Below are positions 13,898 to 25,304 of a DNA stretch of 64,000 bases, in pieces; position 1 is the stretch's first letter, and each line of letters opens with the position of its first letter. The notes under the pieces were generated by a model, which worked only from the letters and a program-made list of their open reading frames with translations, was not told the origin of the DNA and did not search any database. Position numbers and translations under genes: made by a program. This DNA comes from Eledone cirrhosa (Eukaryota): contig OZ024742.1 of NCBI GenBank assembly GCA_964016885.1, forward strand, positions 354,950,001 through 355,014,000, given 5' to 3'.

Positions 13898-15790
13898 ATG
13901 GCTGAGCCACGCCCCACAGCGATATGTCGGCTCTCATGCGACAACGACGTAGAAGTTGAGAGGAGCGCTACAGCGAAATTAACACATTGATAACACAAAC
14001 ACCACCACAAACAAGGTAAACAAAGACACCAATGATACCAATAAGAACTCTAATTTGAAAAAAAATTACAGTAACAGCGACAACGAAAATACAGATAACA
14101 AAAAAAAATTAACAAATACAACGACAATATCAACACCACTAACATGAAAACAAATAGCGACAACACCAACAGCAACAATACCAACTGCACCGAGAACAAC
14201 GGTGGCAGCAAAGACAACCATGATAACAGCGACAGTGCTAACAACATCACCAACAAGAACAACGTCTACACGACCCCCAACGAAAACAAGACCTGTGGCA
14301 GCAGCAAAAAAGAGGCCATGGTTCAACATGGACCTCTCAAACAAAGATGAAATGTTGGCCCAGGCATGGAAGCTTATCAAGCAAGAGCAAACTTGGGCCA
14401 ACTAAACTGTCCCGGTAGAAGCTATTGAGGCAGTGGAGCGCAAAATGGTGCATTATAGATGCATCTCAGCACAGACCAAAAGGGCAGCGTTAATCCCACA
14501 AGAAAATATCGAAGTTGCGCTGAGGTTCATCAGAGAAGACACCCAGTACATAGAGAGGGGCAGACAGTACGGCACCATTTCGGTGCTGTTCAAGTCAGAA
14601 GACCTCGCGATGAAACACGCCATGAGTCCTTGCAAAAGCAGCAAGGTCATAATGTATCCCTCCCACATGGAAAAAAGAACGGCCCGTCTCCACATTCCCA
14701 GAATCCCACCAGGACTTGACATGTGGTGGCTTCTCGGATGTGTGATTGTGGAGGGGACGGATACAGTCCCTATAGAAGTGACCAGAACGGCCAGAGAGGA
14801 CCCGAGTATGTGAAGAAAATCCCAGACCATATCCGACTTCAGAATGGGACTGTCATTCACATTATGACCGAAGGCAAAAGGTCGCAGTGTTTTGTTTGTG
14901 GTGAAAAAACCCATTTGCGAGCCTTCTGCCCTCAACTGCTGAAAGAGGCAAGGGGTCGAAAGGCTCCACTGCCCGACGCCGGGGCGAGGATCAAAACCAA
15001 CACCTGCACCGGCAAAACCACCACCAGCATTGATCACCCAGAGGGGAAACGAGGAAAGCTGTCAAATTCCCCCTCCTCCCCAAAATAGACACACCAATAA
15101 AACCTTAAACATACATACAAACACACTTACAGACACAGACCCCTCATCTACCAGTAGTGAAGATGAGGGAATTCCCAAATCCCCCCAAATACAAAAAAGG
15201 AAACACAAAAAGAAAAAAAAACTCAACAAAGCACAAAAGCACCCACAATAAAAAACGCAGACATCACCCACGCAAACATCTCTCCAATAACACCAACATC
15301 AACACCACCATCACCATCACCAGAATCTCCCAAACGCAAACAACCGAAACAGACGCAAGAACAAATATACACACAAACATCTGAAACCACAGACGCCGCA
15401 CTCAAAACAAACACAGATACAACCTAAACAACACCACCAAAACCATCACCACCACAGCCACGTAAACAAATAAAATCACACCAACAAAACATGCAAAACG
15501 TCGTGTTCGTCAGGAGGGCCAACAAGGAACTGATGGCCCTCGTAGCACGAAGTGAAAATATACAAAAAAAGGGGCAAATGTTTAAATCGAGCACATTTCG
15601 CGTGCCGGAAGATTTGGTTCTGGTGCGAATGTAGCTCGACATATTCAAAGAAATACGAGACAGCTTTCCTCGGGACGTGGGAACCCCGAACGTAAAACCC
15701 ACTTCAAGACTTTTAAAGGGGTTCCCAAAAGAAACCCCACTAACTATGGAGGTCGAACAACCCGAACTTCACAAGAGCCCAGAAGTTAAG
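13898..15790 (+). pseudogene. Unit 3 ORF1, disrupted
   Basis: AAACATGGCT start, Asn/Thr-rich N-terminus, CX2CX4HX4C knuckle. Confidence 0.75.
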
Positions 15791-15824
15791 TAAACCTTCC
15801 TCTCTGTCTGTTAAACCTGCCAAC

Positions 15825-18800
15825 GTGGCCGTATTAGGAGTAGGATGTTTAAATGTTCGAGGCCTGGGATCGTCCTGGAAGCAGGGTCACCTGCTCAATG
15901 ACCTCAGGTCTATATAAATTGAAGGAATTGCAGTCAGCAAGACCAGGATTTCAGAAACGCGCGCCCTAGCCCCCATTTTAGACGACTATCAGATCGTTGA
16001 ATCTGTTAGCCAGCCGGGAATGGAAGGCGGGGTGGCAGTGCTGTTTAGGAAAGTCTGGATCTCGAGGTAAGGTGGATCTTTCGGGAGCCGGACGGGAAGT
16101 TGGTGGTCCTAGACGTGAACAATAATGATGGTGGTGCCTTTAGACTGGTGGCCGTCTATGCTCCTACTGGGTCAGGACGGCCAGATATCTTTAGACGCCT
16201 GGAAGCCTTTCTGGGCACGTCTCGCCCTTTAATGTTAGCGGGGGACTGAAACGGCATCTTAGACGCACGCTGGGACTCTGTGGGAGTATCCGATAGGAGC
16301 GGGGGGTGCAAAAGCCTCAAGAACCTGATCAGCCAGTTCCAACTGTCTGACAGGGACCGACTAGATTTCCCTAATGCGCCAGTGTGGACTTGGGCTAACC
16401 GCATAGGGTCATCTAGATCGTATATGGACAGGATATTCATTAGGAAAATAGACAGAAATAGTGTAAGTTGTTCACGTTTTGAAACGGTCGCCTTTTCAGC
16501 TTACAAGTTTGTGATCTGTATGGTCGACATAGATTAGACCCGTAGGTTAGGACTTGGTTACTGGAAGCTAAACATGTCATTTCCGGCACGTAAGGCTTAC
16601 AGGGACCAGGTCAACAATTTAGTTAAGAAAAAGTTGACAGGGGAGTCGTCAACAATATATGGTGGGGGGCTCTCAAAAGAGAGATTAAAGTAATGTCGAT
16701 AGAGTTTAGCAAATAAGTAGCATTAGAGAAAACTAGAAAGGAGGGAGAGTTGGTAGATAAGTTAGACGAGGCTACTGGTAGTGGCATTGCAACTGATGTG
16801 CTAGCCGCGAGAATGGCATTAGACCATTTCTTCAATGCGAAACACGAAGGTTGCATTGTCAGAGATAAGGCGCGTGCTCTGAGAAACGAGGGAAGGAAAG
16901 CTGTCCAATGGGCCAGCGTGGCAGAGGCGCAGCGTGGTAATGAAACCACGATTCGGTCTTTCACGGACCGAGACGGGCTCGAGCTGAGCGATTCCAAGAG
17001 TATGCGTGAGGCCTTTCGCCAACATTTTGCTCGGTTGTTCGGGAAAAGTGGTGGGTTAGAGATGGTGGCGGACTTCAGTCCCTACCTTGATGGCTTGAAC
17101 ACAACTCTCGACGGCTGACGCTGGGCGCTGCAAAAGGCCAATTACTTAAGCCGAGATTCAGGATGCCCTTGTAGGCTGCATGAGGCGCAAGTCACCCTGT
17201 TTGGATGGTCTGCCCTACGAGCTTTACGTAAATATGCCAGACTTGTTCTCCAATCTCCTCGAAGCCCTCACTGCAACTGGCAGCAAAACGGGAGTATTCC
17301 GAGTTCTGTGAGGCGGGGCGTAGTGACGCTTATAAGGAAAGACGAGAACAAGAGGGACACATTAGACTATTTCAGGCCCATAACTCTGCTCAACACAGAG
17401 TTTAAGATTTTGGCCAGGGTGTTAGCGAAGAGGTTGGCGCTTGTCGTCGGGGATTTGGTTGGGGAGGCGCAAACTTTCGCAATCACAACCATGTCCATAC
17501 ACGACAACCTCCACCTAATGCGATACATTATAGAGAGGGTAGGGTGTAAACCTGGCTTCGGTGGGGCTCTGATCAATTTAGATCAATCGAAAGCATTCGA
17601 TAGGGTCGATCATCGGTACCTGGAGGCTGTCCTCAAGGCGTCTGGCTTCGGCCCCGTCTTCAGAAGCTGGATCGCTGCAATGCACAGCGGCACCTGCTCG
17701 ATGGTCAAAATTAATGGCCACCTCTGGGAACCGTTTCAGGTATCCCGATCGGTCCGTCAAGGGTGCCCGCTCTCCTCCCTTCTGTACGTATTGACTCTCG
17801 AGCCTTTACAGCGGAGGCTGGAGCTGTTGCAGGGCATCCCGCTCGAACCGGGACGCGGAAAGGCTGTGTCGTCTTATGCGGACGACATCACCGTGATGGT
17901 GTCGGACATCTCAGAAATCGAGGTGGTCCGCAACTTATTGGAGGAATATGAAAGGTTGACGGGAGCAAAACTTAACCCGGAAAAGTCAGTGGGCTTGCAA
18001 CTCAGCACCTGGAGAGCCAAGTCCATGCCGTCCAACAGCGTCGTTAGGCGTTGGACGGACGGACTGGTAACGTTGCTAGGAGTTTGGTTCGGTTCGGACC
18101 TCCAGGTGCATAATAATTGGGACGAGGTGACGGGCAGGGTAGTCTGTCAAACCCAGAAAATGGCTGGGATGAAGCTATCACAGAAAGGTCGGGCGGAGGT
18201 GGCGAACACGTACATCGCGTCTGTCACATACTACCGTCTGACTGTCGTACCTTGCCCCCGTTTCCGCCTCGCCATTTGGAGCGGCTCCTCTTCAAATTCT
18301 TGTGGAGGGGTTAGGTTCCGCTGGTGAGGAGGTCCATCTGCTACCAGCACCCTCTACGTGGAGGGCTGGGCATGACGTGGCTAATGATGGGAAGGCACGC
18401 GCTGAGGCTGCGGCATCTCCAGATATTCTGCCTAAACGGTGAACAGGTGTGCTTGCCGTTTGTCAGACGGGCGTTTCCGCAGCTCCTTTCTTTGACTGAG
18501 TTGCAGTCCTGGGTCAAGAAGAGACCGTGACTGGGTGACTGGCATCTGGAATGTTGCCAGACACTCACTTCCCTCTACCAGTCGGGCAATGCGGTCAGTG
18601 GAACTTCCACTCTCGAGTTCTACTGAGGATTATGGTGGGCAAGTGCGACGACGCACTCGGAGAGGCTCTGGGAGTCAACGAAATCGAACTAACCAGTCTG
18701 TACCGGAGGACTTTCGAGCCGGGGACGATGGATAATTTCAAAAAATCCCTCGCTTGGCAGTGCTACCGGAGATAAATTCTACAGGCACGGAAGTGCTGTG

Positions 18801-19223
18801 AGACGGACCTGCCCAAGATGCGTGCAGACCGACGAAACTGTTCTGCACGCACTCGTCCAGTGTCCGTGCATTACTGACTTGTGGAGTTATGTTGAACAGC
18901 TGTTGTCTCGTGTAGAACGGATCCGGCTATCGGCCGAGTCCATAGTGAAGATCGACCCGCCGCCTTCTTTTGGCAAGGAAGGGCAGGTAATTTTCCTCTG
19001 TCTGGTGGCAGTGGCGAAAGAGGTTGTTGTGGACGAGGTTGAAAGGACTGAAGACAGACACTTTTCTCTTCAGCCAATCCCTCATCAACTCTTTCAAGTT
19101 TCACTTGGAAAGGAAGGTGAGGGTGGAGAGAGAAGTGCTGCCCCCAGTACATTTGCTGAAAGGTGGGTGAATGTGACGAGCATGGCCCGTTTGGGTGGGC
19201 CTACTCTGGTCATGCGGCTGTAG
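15825..19223 (+). pseudogene. Unit 3 ORF2 (APE-RT), frameshifted
   Basis: LNVRGL, FRPITLLN, LDQSKAFDRVDH, RQGCPLS, YADD, CPRC...H...C. Confidence 0.92.
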
Positions 19224-19496
19224 GTAGGTAAATTTGAAGAGGAGAGGGGTGCCCTTCCAGGGTCCTCTCGAAGCGTCGGGTCGTTCAGGATTGGTGGGGT
19301 ACCTGAGCGAATCGTAGGTGGTCATCCCCCCTTTTGGGGAATGTTTTCCTGTTGTAATTTTCTTGTTAATTTATTGTTACTTTGTTATTGTTACTTTGTT
19401 TATTCATATTGTTTACTCGATTTTTCTGTAAAACCCCACTGTCCCAGTCTTTTGTATTGTCCCCTATATATCGGCCCTTGTGGCCAATAAATGAAA

Positions 19497-19534
<38 letters not shown>

Positions 19535-19744
19535 GGCGACCTACGTAGTAAATCGTATCATCGGGAGCTCCGCAAAGGTTTGTTATTTCCGTTTGCTAAA
19601 CATTGCCATTTATCGAAAATGTTTATTGTTAAATGTATATAAGCGCACACACGATGTTTTCCGAAAAGGACACCCAAAAAGATTCGGGCCTTGTGCCAAA
19701 AATTTAAACTTTTATGATTATCAAAAAATTTCTTTGAAAAAACC

Positions 19745-21640
19745 ATGGCTGATTCACCTCTGCACCAATCAGATGAGAGCCTTCCTCACAAACTAACACC
19801 TCACACCGACACCACCATTGTAAATATTACTACGTTTGCCAACACTAAAAATTTAAGCAGTAGCAATATATTAAATTTGTCTCAGGCAGACATTCATTTC
19901 CCTCCATTACCAATGACTGCAGGTGTTAAAGCCGCCGCGACAACCACCTCTTCCATCAGCACCGCGACAACAGAAACAAAAGGGAAAAATAAATTAACTC
20001 GTGATGTCGAAATGAATTCAACCAAAATGAACTCTTCCACACCGAACACCACTGACGCCACCACCACCACAACTGAACTAAAATTAATAATAACAAAAAT
20101 AACTATAACAACCACAGCAACAATGACATTAAGAAAACCAACCTGAGTTTTGCCAGATTTGCAAAACAGTGCGAAGCATTTCAGGTAACTCAGGAGGAAT
20201 TAGATATGCCAAAAAAATGGTAAAGAAAGATGGGTACAGCGTCAGCCCCCCCTCCCCCCCCCTAATAAAATGGACCATCGGCGCCTATGCACCGTGTCTT
20301 ATCGAACAATTAATGTAAAATTACGCCGAGTGAACGGGTATCCGAGTCCCAAATCAAAAGACCTTTGGGACATGTGTAGGCAAGAAAAACCCATATCAGA
20401 CGATGGGCAGAATTTTGGAACCGTGGACGTGTTCTTTGAAACACCAGAGGAGGCTAGAGAACACTCCATGGCTCCATTAAGAAGTGACGACTTCACACTC
20501 GTCCCAAGCTGTTGTGGTCAGAGACTCGTAAACTTCAGGGTGACCCACGCCCCACCGGCCATCGAGATTCCCTGGCTAATAGCTGCCGTCGTCGCCGGCA
20601 TCGAAGCCAACACCAATATAATAGCAATAGCGAAATAAAAACAGGAGAACTGGTCCGGATCTGGAATGGAGCTCCTGATCCAAGCGGACCAAAAAAGCAT
20701 TGAGGAGATGCCAGATGTAATAAACTTCACTGACGGTAGCCACCTCACCGTAATTGTCGAGGGCAGAAGATCTATGTGTGTCGTTTGTGGTGAAGGAAAC
20801 CACCTAAGAGCTTTCTGCCCTCAGGCTAAAATGTTGAGGCGACCTCTCCTACCCACCCCAGTGACCAACCATCAAAACCACCAGCAGCAGAGATGGCAGC
20901 AACAACTGTAGCAGCAACAACAGAAGCAACTATAACAGCAACAACCCCAGCAACAGTAGCAACACCAACACCACCACAACCCAACACTTCTGAATTAGCA
21001 CCAGCGCCTACACCATCCACCACGACACAACCAAAACTAACGCGAGTGGAAGATTTTCCAATACCCGGCCTATCACAACTGGAGACAGATTGTGACGATG
21101 AGGAGTGGGAAACGGTATCAGGAAAAAAGAAAAAAAGAAACTAAAAAAGAAAAAAATTATCTTCCTTCCCCCTCCAAAAACAAAATACAGAGGGAAACAA
21201 ATCACCAACCCCATCACCCCAAACACCAACACCATCACCATCATTAACCCCAACACCACCATCACCTACACCACAAAAGTCACCAAAATGCGAAAGACAA
21301 ACAAACCCACAACAAACGCAAACAAAACAAAACAACCAAAACGATACACACTACACAGCATTAAATTTGAACAACAACCAATTATTACACTACATCCAAC
21401 ACAACACCAGCATCACAGAAAAAAGACTACACAACAACCCCAAAATTCACACCACCTCCACACATACAAATCACTCGCATCACACAGAAAGCGTACATGA
21501 CACTAAAACAAACATTGCCCAAAGATATCGAAGACTTCCGACAAGCACTCTCCAGGAGAATTTATAAGGACATCCTTCCTGTGGAGGCCACAAGCAGTGA
21601 AAAGGATGTAGAAACCGTCCTTCCTCTACGAGAAATAAGG
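19745..21640 (+). pseudogene. Unit 4 ORF1, disrupted
   Basis: AACCATGGCT start, Thr-rich N-terminus, zinc knuckle, central region similar to unit 2 ORF1. Confidence 0.78.
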
Positions 21641-21677
21641 TAAGTGGTCATTCCCATCTTTTCCACTCCATTTCAAC

Positions 21678-24600
21678 ATGACCTCACCGAGAATAGGCAG
21701 CATAAATGCGCGTGGCTTGGGGTCGTCATGGAAGCACGGCCACCTGCTCAACGACCTCAGGTCACTAAACATAGATGTAGTGGCCATCAGCGAGACAAAT
21801 CTCCGAAGCACGGGCCTTCGCACCGTTCTTCGGCAGCTACGATGTGTACGCATCTCCCAGCCGTCCTGGATCGGGGGGAGGAGTTGCTGTGCTTTTTCGG
21901 AGAGGTTTGGATGTTGCCATACGGGCCATCTTCCTGGACCCAGAAGGTAAGTTGGTGGAGCTGGACCTGACCAGCGGAGACGGGCAAGCTTTCAGGTTAG
22001 TGGCAGTCTATGCCCCGACTGGAGCAGGGCGGTCTGATTTCTCCGGCGTCTGGAGACCTTTCTTGGAACGTCCCGCACTTTAGTGTAAGTGGGCAACTGG
22101 AACGGGATCTTAGATGCACGCTGGGACTGTGTGGGATGAGTGGATAGGGGAGGAGGGTGCAAGAGTCTCACCAACTTGCTCAGGCGTTTTGAACTGTATG
22201 ACAGGTACCGATTGGATTTCCCGAATGTGACATAGGGTCGTCCAGATCATATCTAGATAGAGTATTTTGTAGGGAAATAGATAGGTCTAGCTCAGGCTGT
22301 CCACAATTCAAGATAGTCAGTTACACGGACCACAAATTCGTGATTTGTGTGCTTCACTTAGATAGGCTTCATAGACGAGGACCCGGCTACTGGAAGCTAA
22401 ACGCGTCCTTACAAGCGCGCAAGGCCTACAGAGACCGGATTAGCGAACTGGTTAAGCGAGCGTTGACGGGGGCCATCGTCAACGACAAGTAGTGGTTTAC
22501 TCTGAAAAGAGCAATTAGAATAGAGTCCATTAGGTTTAGTAAGGCTTTAGCAATAGAGAAAAATTGAGCAGAGAGAAAATTAGTTAGAAAATTAGACGAT
22601 GCGCTTAGCAAAGGCATCGCGACCGACGTACTTGCGGCGAAATTGGCCCTTGACCAATTCTTCAATGCAAAGCACGAAGGCTGCGTTGTCAGAGCTAGGG
22701 TGCGTGCTCTCAGACACGAGGGAACGAAAGCCGTTCAATGGGCCCGAATGGCGGAGGCGCGTCGTGGCAACAAAGCCATGATCCGCTCTTTGGTGGACCA
22801 CGACGGGCGCATGCTACTCGATCCCGGGCAAATGTTTGAAGCTTTTCAGCGACATTTCGCACAGCTGTTCGGGGGCAGCGGCGGGCCGGATCAAGGGATG
22901 GACTTTAGTGTCTACCTCGACGGACTGCCGCGGCTCTCGGCCACTGAGGCGGAGTGTTGCGAAAAGCCGATAACAGCCGCTGAAGTACGGGAGGCAATGA
23001 CTGGCTGCACAAGGGGTAAATCACCTCGTTTGCATGGTCTGCCCTATGAACTTTACGTACAGATGCCAGGCTTGTTCGGAATCCTCTTGGCGGGTGTCAA
23101 CTGCAACTGGCAACAGAACGGGAGAATTCGCAGCTCTGTGAGCCGAGGATCTGTGGCGCTGCTGAGAAAGGATCCGAACAAGGGGGATAATATAGATAAT
23201 TTCAGGCCCATAACTCTGCTAAATACAGAGTACAAGATTTTGGCTAAGGTGCTGTTCGTTGGTGGTCTGGTGGGAGAGGCGCAGACATGCGCCATTCCCT
23301 ACAGATCCATCCACGACAACCTTAACCTCATGCGATACATCGTAGAGAGGGTAGCCAGGGAATGGCACTGATGTGTCCTTGATCAATTTAGATCAGTCAA
23401 AAGCTTTCGATATATCGACCATCGTTACCTAGCGGCAGTCTTGAGGGCGGCTGTCTTTGGGCCCGTCTCAGAGCTGGATCGCTGCTATGCACAGCGACAT
23501 CTGCTCTGTGGTGAGAGTGAACGGTCACCTTTCGTAACCGTTCAATATCATGCGCTCGGTCCGCCAAGGATGTCCCCTCTCGTTCCTCTTGTACGTATTG
23601 ACTCTCGAGCCATTACTGCACAAACTGGAGACGTTGAGGGGCGTCCCGCGCGAACTAGGATGCGGAAGATCCGTGTCAGCATATGCGGACGATGTCACCT
23701 TAGTGGTGTCGAACGCCAAACACATCGAGGCGATCGGCACTACACTAAGAGAATACGAAGCGGTGACAGGAGCAATGATCAACCAGGAAAAGTCAGTGGG
23801 CCTGCAGCTCGGCACCTGGAGAGGAAGGTCCATGCCGTCCAACAGCGTCGTCGGGCGCTGGACAGACGGACCGGTTAAATTGCTAGGGGTCTGGTTCGGT
23901 CCGAACCTCCAGATGGACAAAAACTGGGACGAGGTGACGAGCAGGGTGGCTTCTCTCACCCAGAAATGGGCGGAGAGGAAGCTATCCCTGAAAGGTCGAG
24001 CGGAGGTGGATAACGCGTACATCGCGTCCGTCATCTACTACCGCCTGACCGTCGTACCTCGTCATAAGCCCCGCCTGACTGCGCAGGAGCGTTTTCTCTT
24101 TCGCTTTTTGTGGAAGGGACGCGCCCCAATGGTCAGGCGGTCCATCTGCTGTCAATACCCGCTACGTGGAGGGCTGGGCATGCGGTGGCTGATGATGCGC
24201 AGACACGCGCCCAGGCTACGACATCTCCACCTCTTCCTCGAGGGTGATCAGGTGTGGTCGCCGTTTGCTAGACACGTCTTTCCGCAGCTCGTCTCCTTGA
24301 CGGAGCTGCAGTCCTGGGTCAAGCAAAGACCGAGGGGGAGCGCTTGGAGACTGGAATGTCTTCAGGCGCTCACAGCCCTCGACCAATCGGGAAATATGTT
24401 CGGTGGAAACTCCACCTTGGCGTTCTATAGGGGATTAGTGGAGGGGAAGAGCGACGACGTACTTGGAGAAACTCTAGGCCTCGACGAAAATAAACTAGCC
24501 AATCTCTTCGGATGGACTATCGGGCAGGGGCCTATCGACAACTTCCAGAAATCCCTGGCCTGGCAGTGCTACCGGGGAGCTTTGCCAGTTCGAGATAAAC

Positions 24601-25030
24601 TCTACAGGCATGGAGGTGCCGTCAGCCGAGCATGTCCGAGATACGCGCAGGGCGACGAAACCGTCCTGCACGCACTCGTCCAGTGTCCTAGCATTGCTGA
24701 CTTGTGGGTTTATGTCGAACACCTGCTGTCACGTGTAGGACGGATCCGGCTATCAGCTGAGTCCATCGTGAGGATTGCCCCGCCCTCTTCCTTTAGCCGG
24801 GAAATACAGTTAGTTTTTATCTTTCTGGTGGCCATGGCGAAAGAGATAGTATGGTGGACACGTTTGAAAGGGCTGAAGACGAGCACTTACCTCTTCGGTG
24901 ATACCCTGATTAACTTTTTCCAATTTCATCTGAAAAGGAAAATCAGAGTAGAGAGGGAAGTGCTCTCTTCCCAGCATGTTGTTGAAAGATGGGTGAGAGA
25001 AGCAAGTATGGCCCGAGTATGTATCTGTAA
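21678..25030 (+). pseudogene. Unit 4 ORF2 (APE-RT), frameshifted
   Basis: MTSPRIGSINARGL, NFRPITLLN, RQGCPLS, YADD; 514-aa open stretch from 23550. Confidence 0.92.
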
Positions 25031-25273
25031 ATTAAAGGTGGAAAACTGGGAGAGGTCACTTGCCCTGGTGGTCAGGGTCACTGTGGTCTTTTAATGGGCT
25101 TTCTCCACAAATGTCCCTCGGAAGTCTCCCTCCTATTGTGGAATCTTTCTTTGTTATTTTATTACATCCTCTGTTTTTTTTACACGCAGAAACGCCCATT
25201 TGTTCCGTCCTGTATTGTCCTGTACTGTCCTTAATGTCTACTTTATGTAAACCCTTGTGGTTAATAAAGAAAA

Positions 25274-25304
<31 letters not shown>

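Larger units (their letters stand above)
13693..19534 (+). mobile_element. Tx1 array unit 3: full-length decayed element
   Basis: ORF1 from ATG 13898 (CFVCGEKTHLRAFC); ORF2 ~15825-19223; 3' UTR close to unit 1; ATT tail 19499-19534. Confidence 0.92.
19535..25304 (+). mobile_element. Tx1 array unit 4: full-length decayed element
   Basis: ORF1 from ATG 19745 (CVVCGEGNHLRAFC); ORF2 from 21678; ATT tail 25275-25304. Confidence 0.92.
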
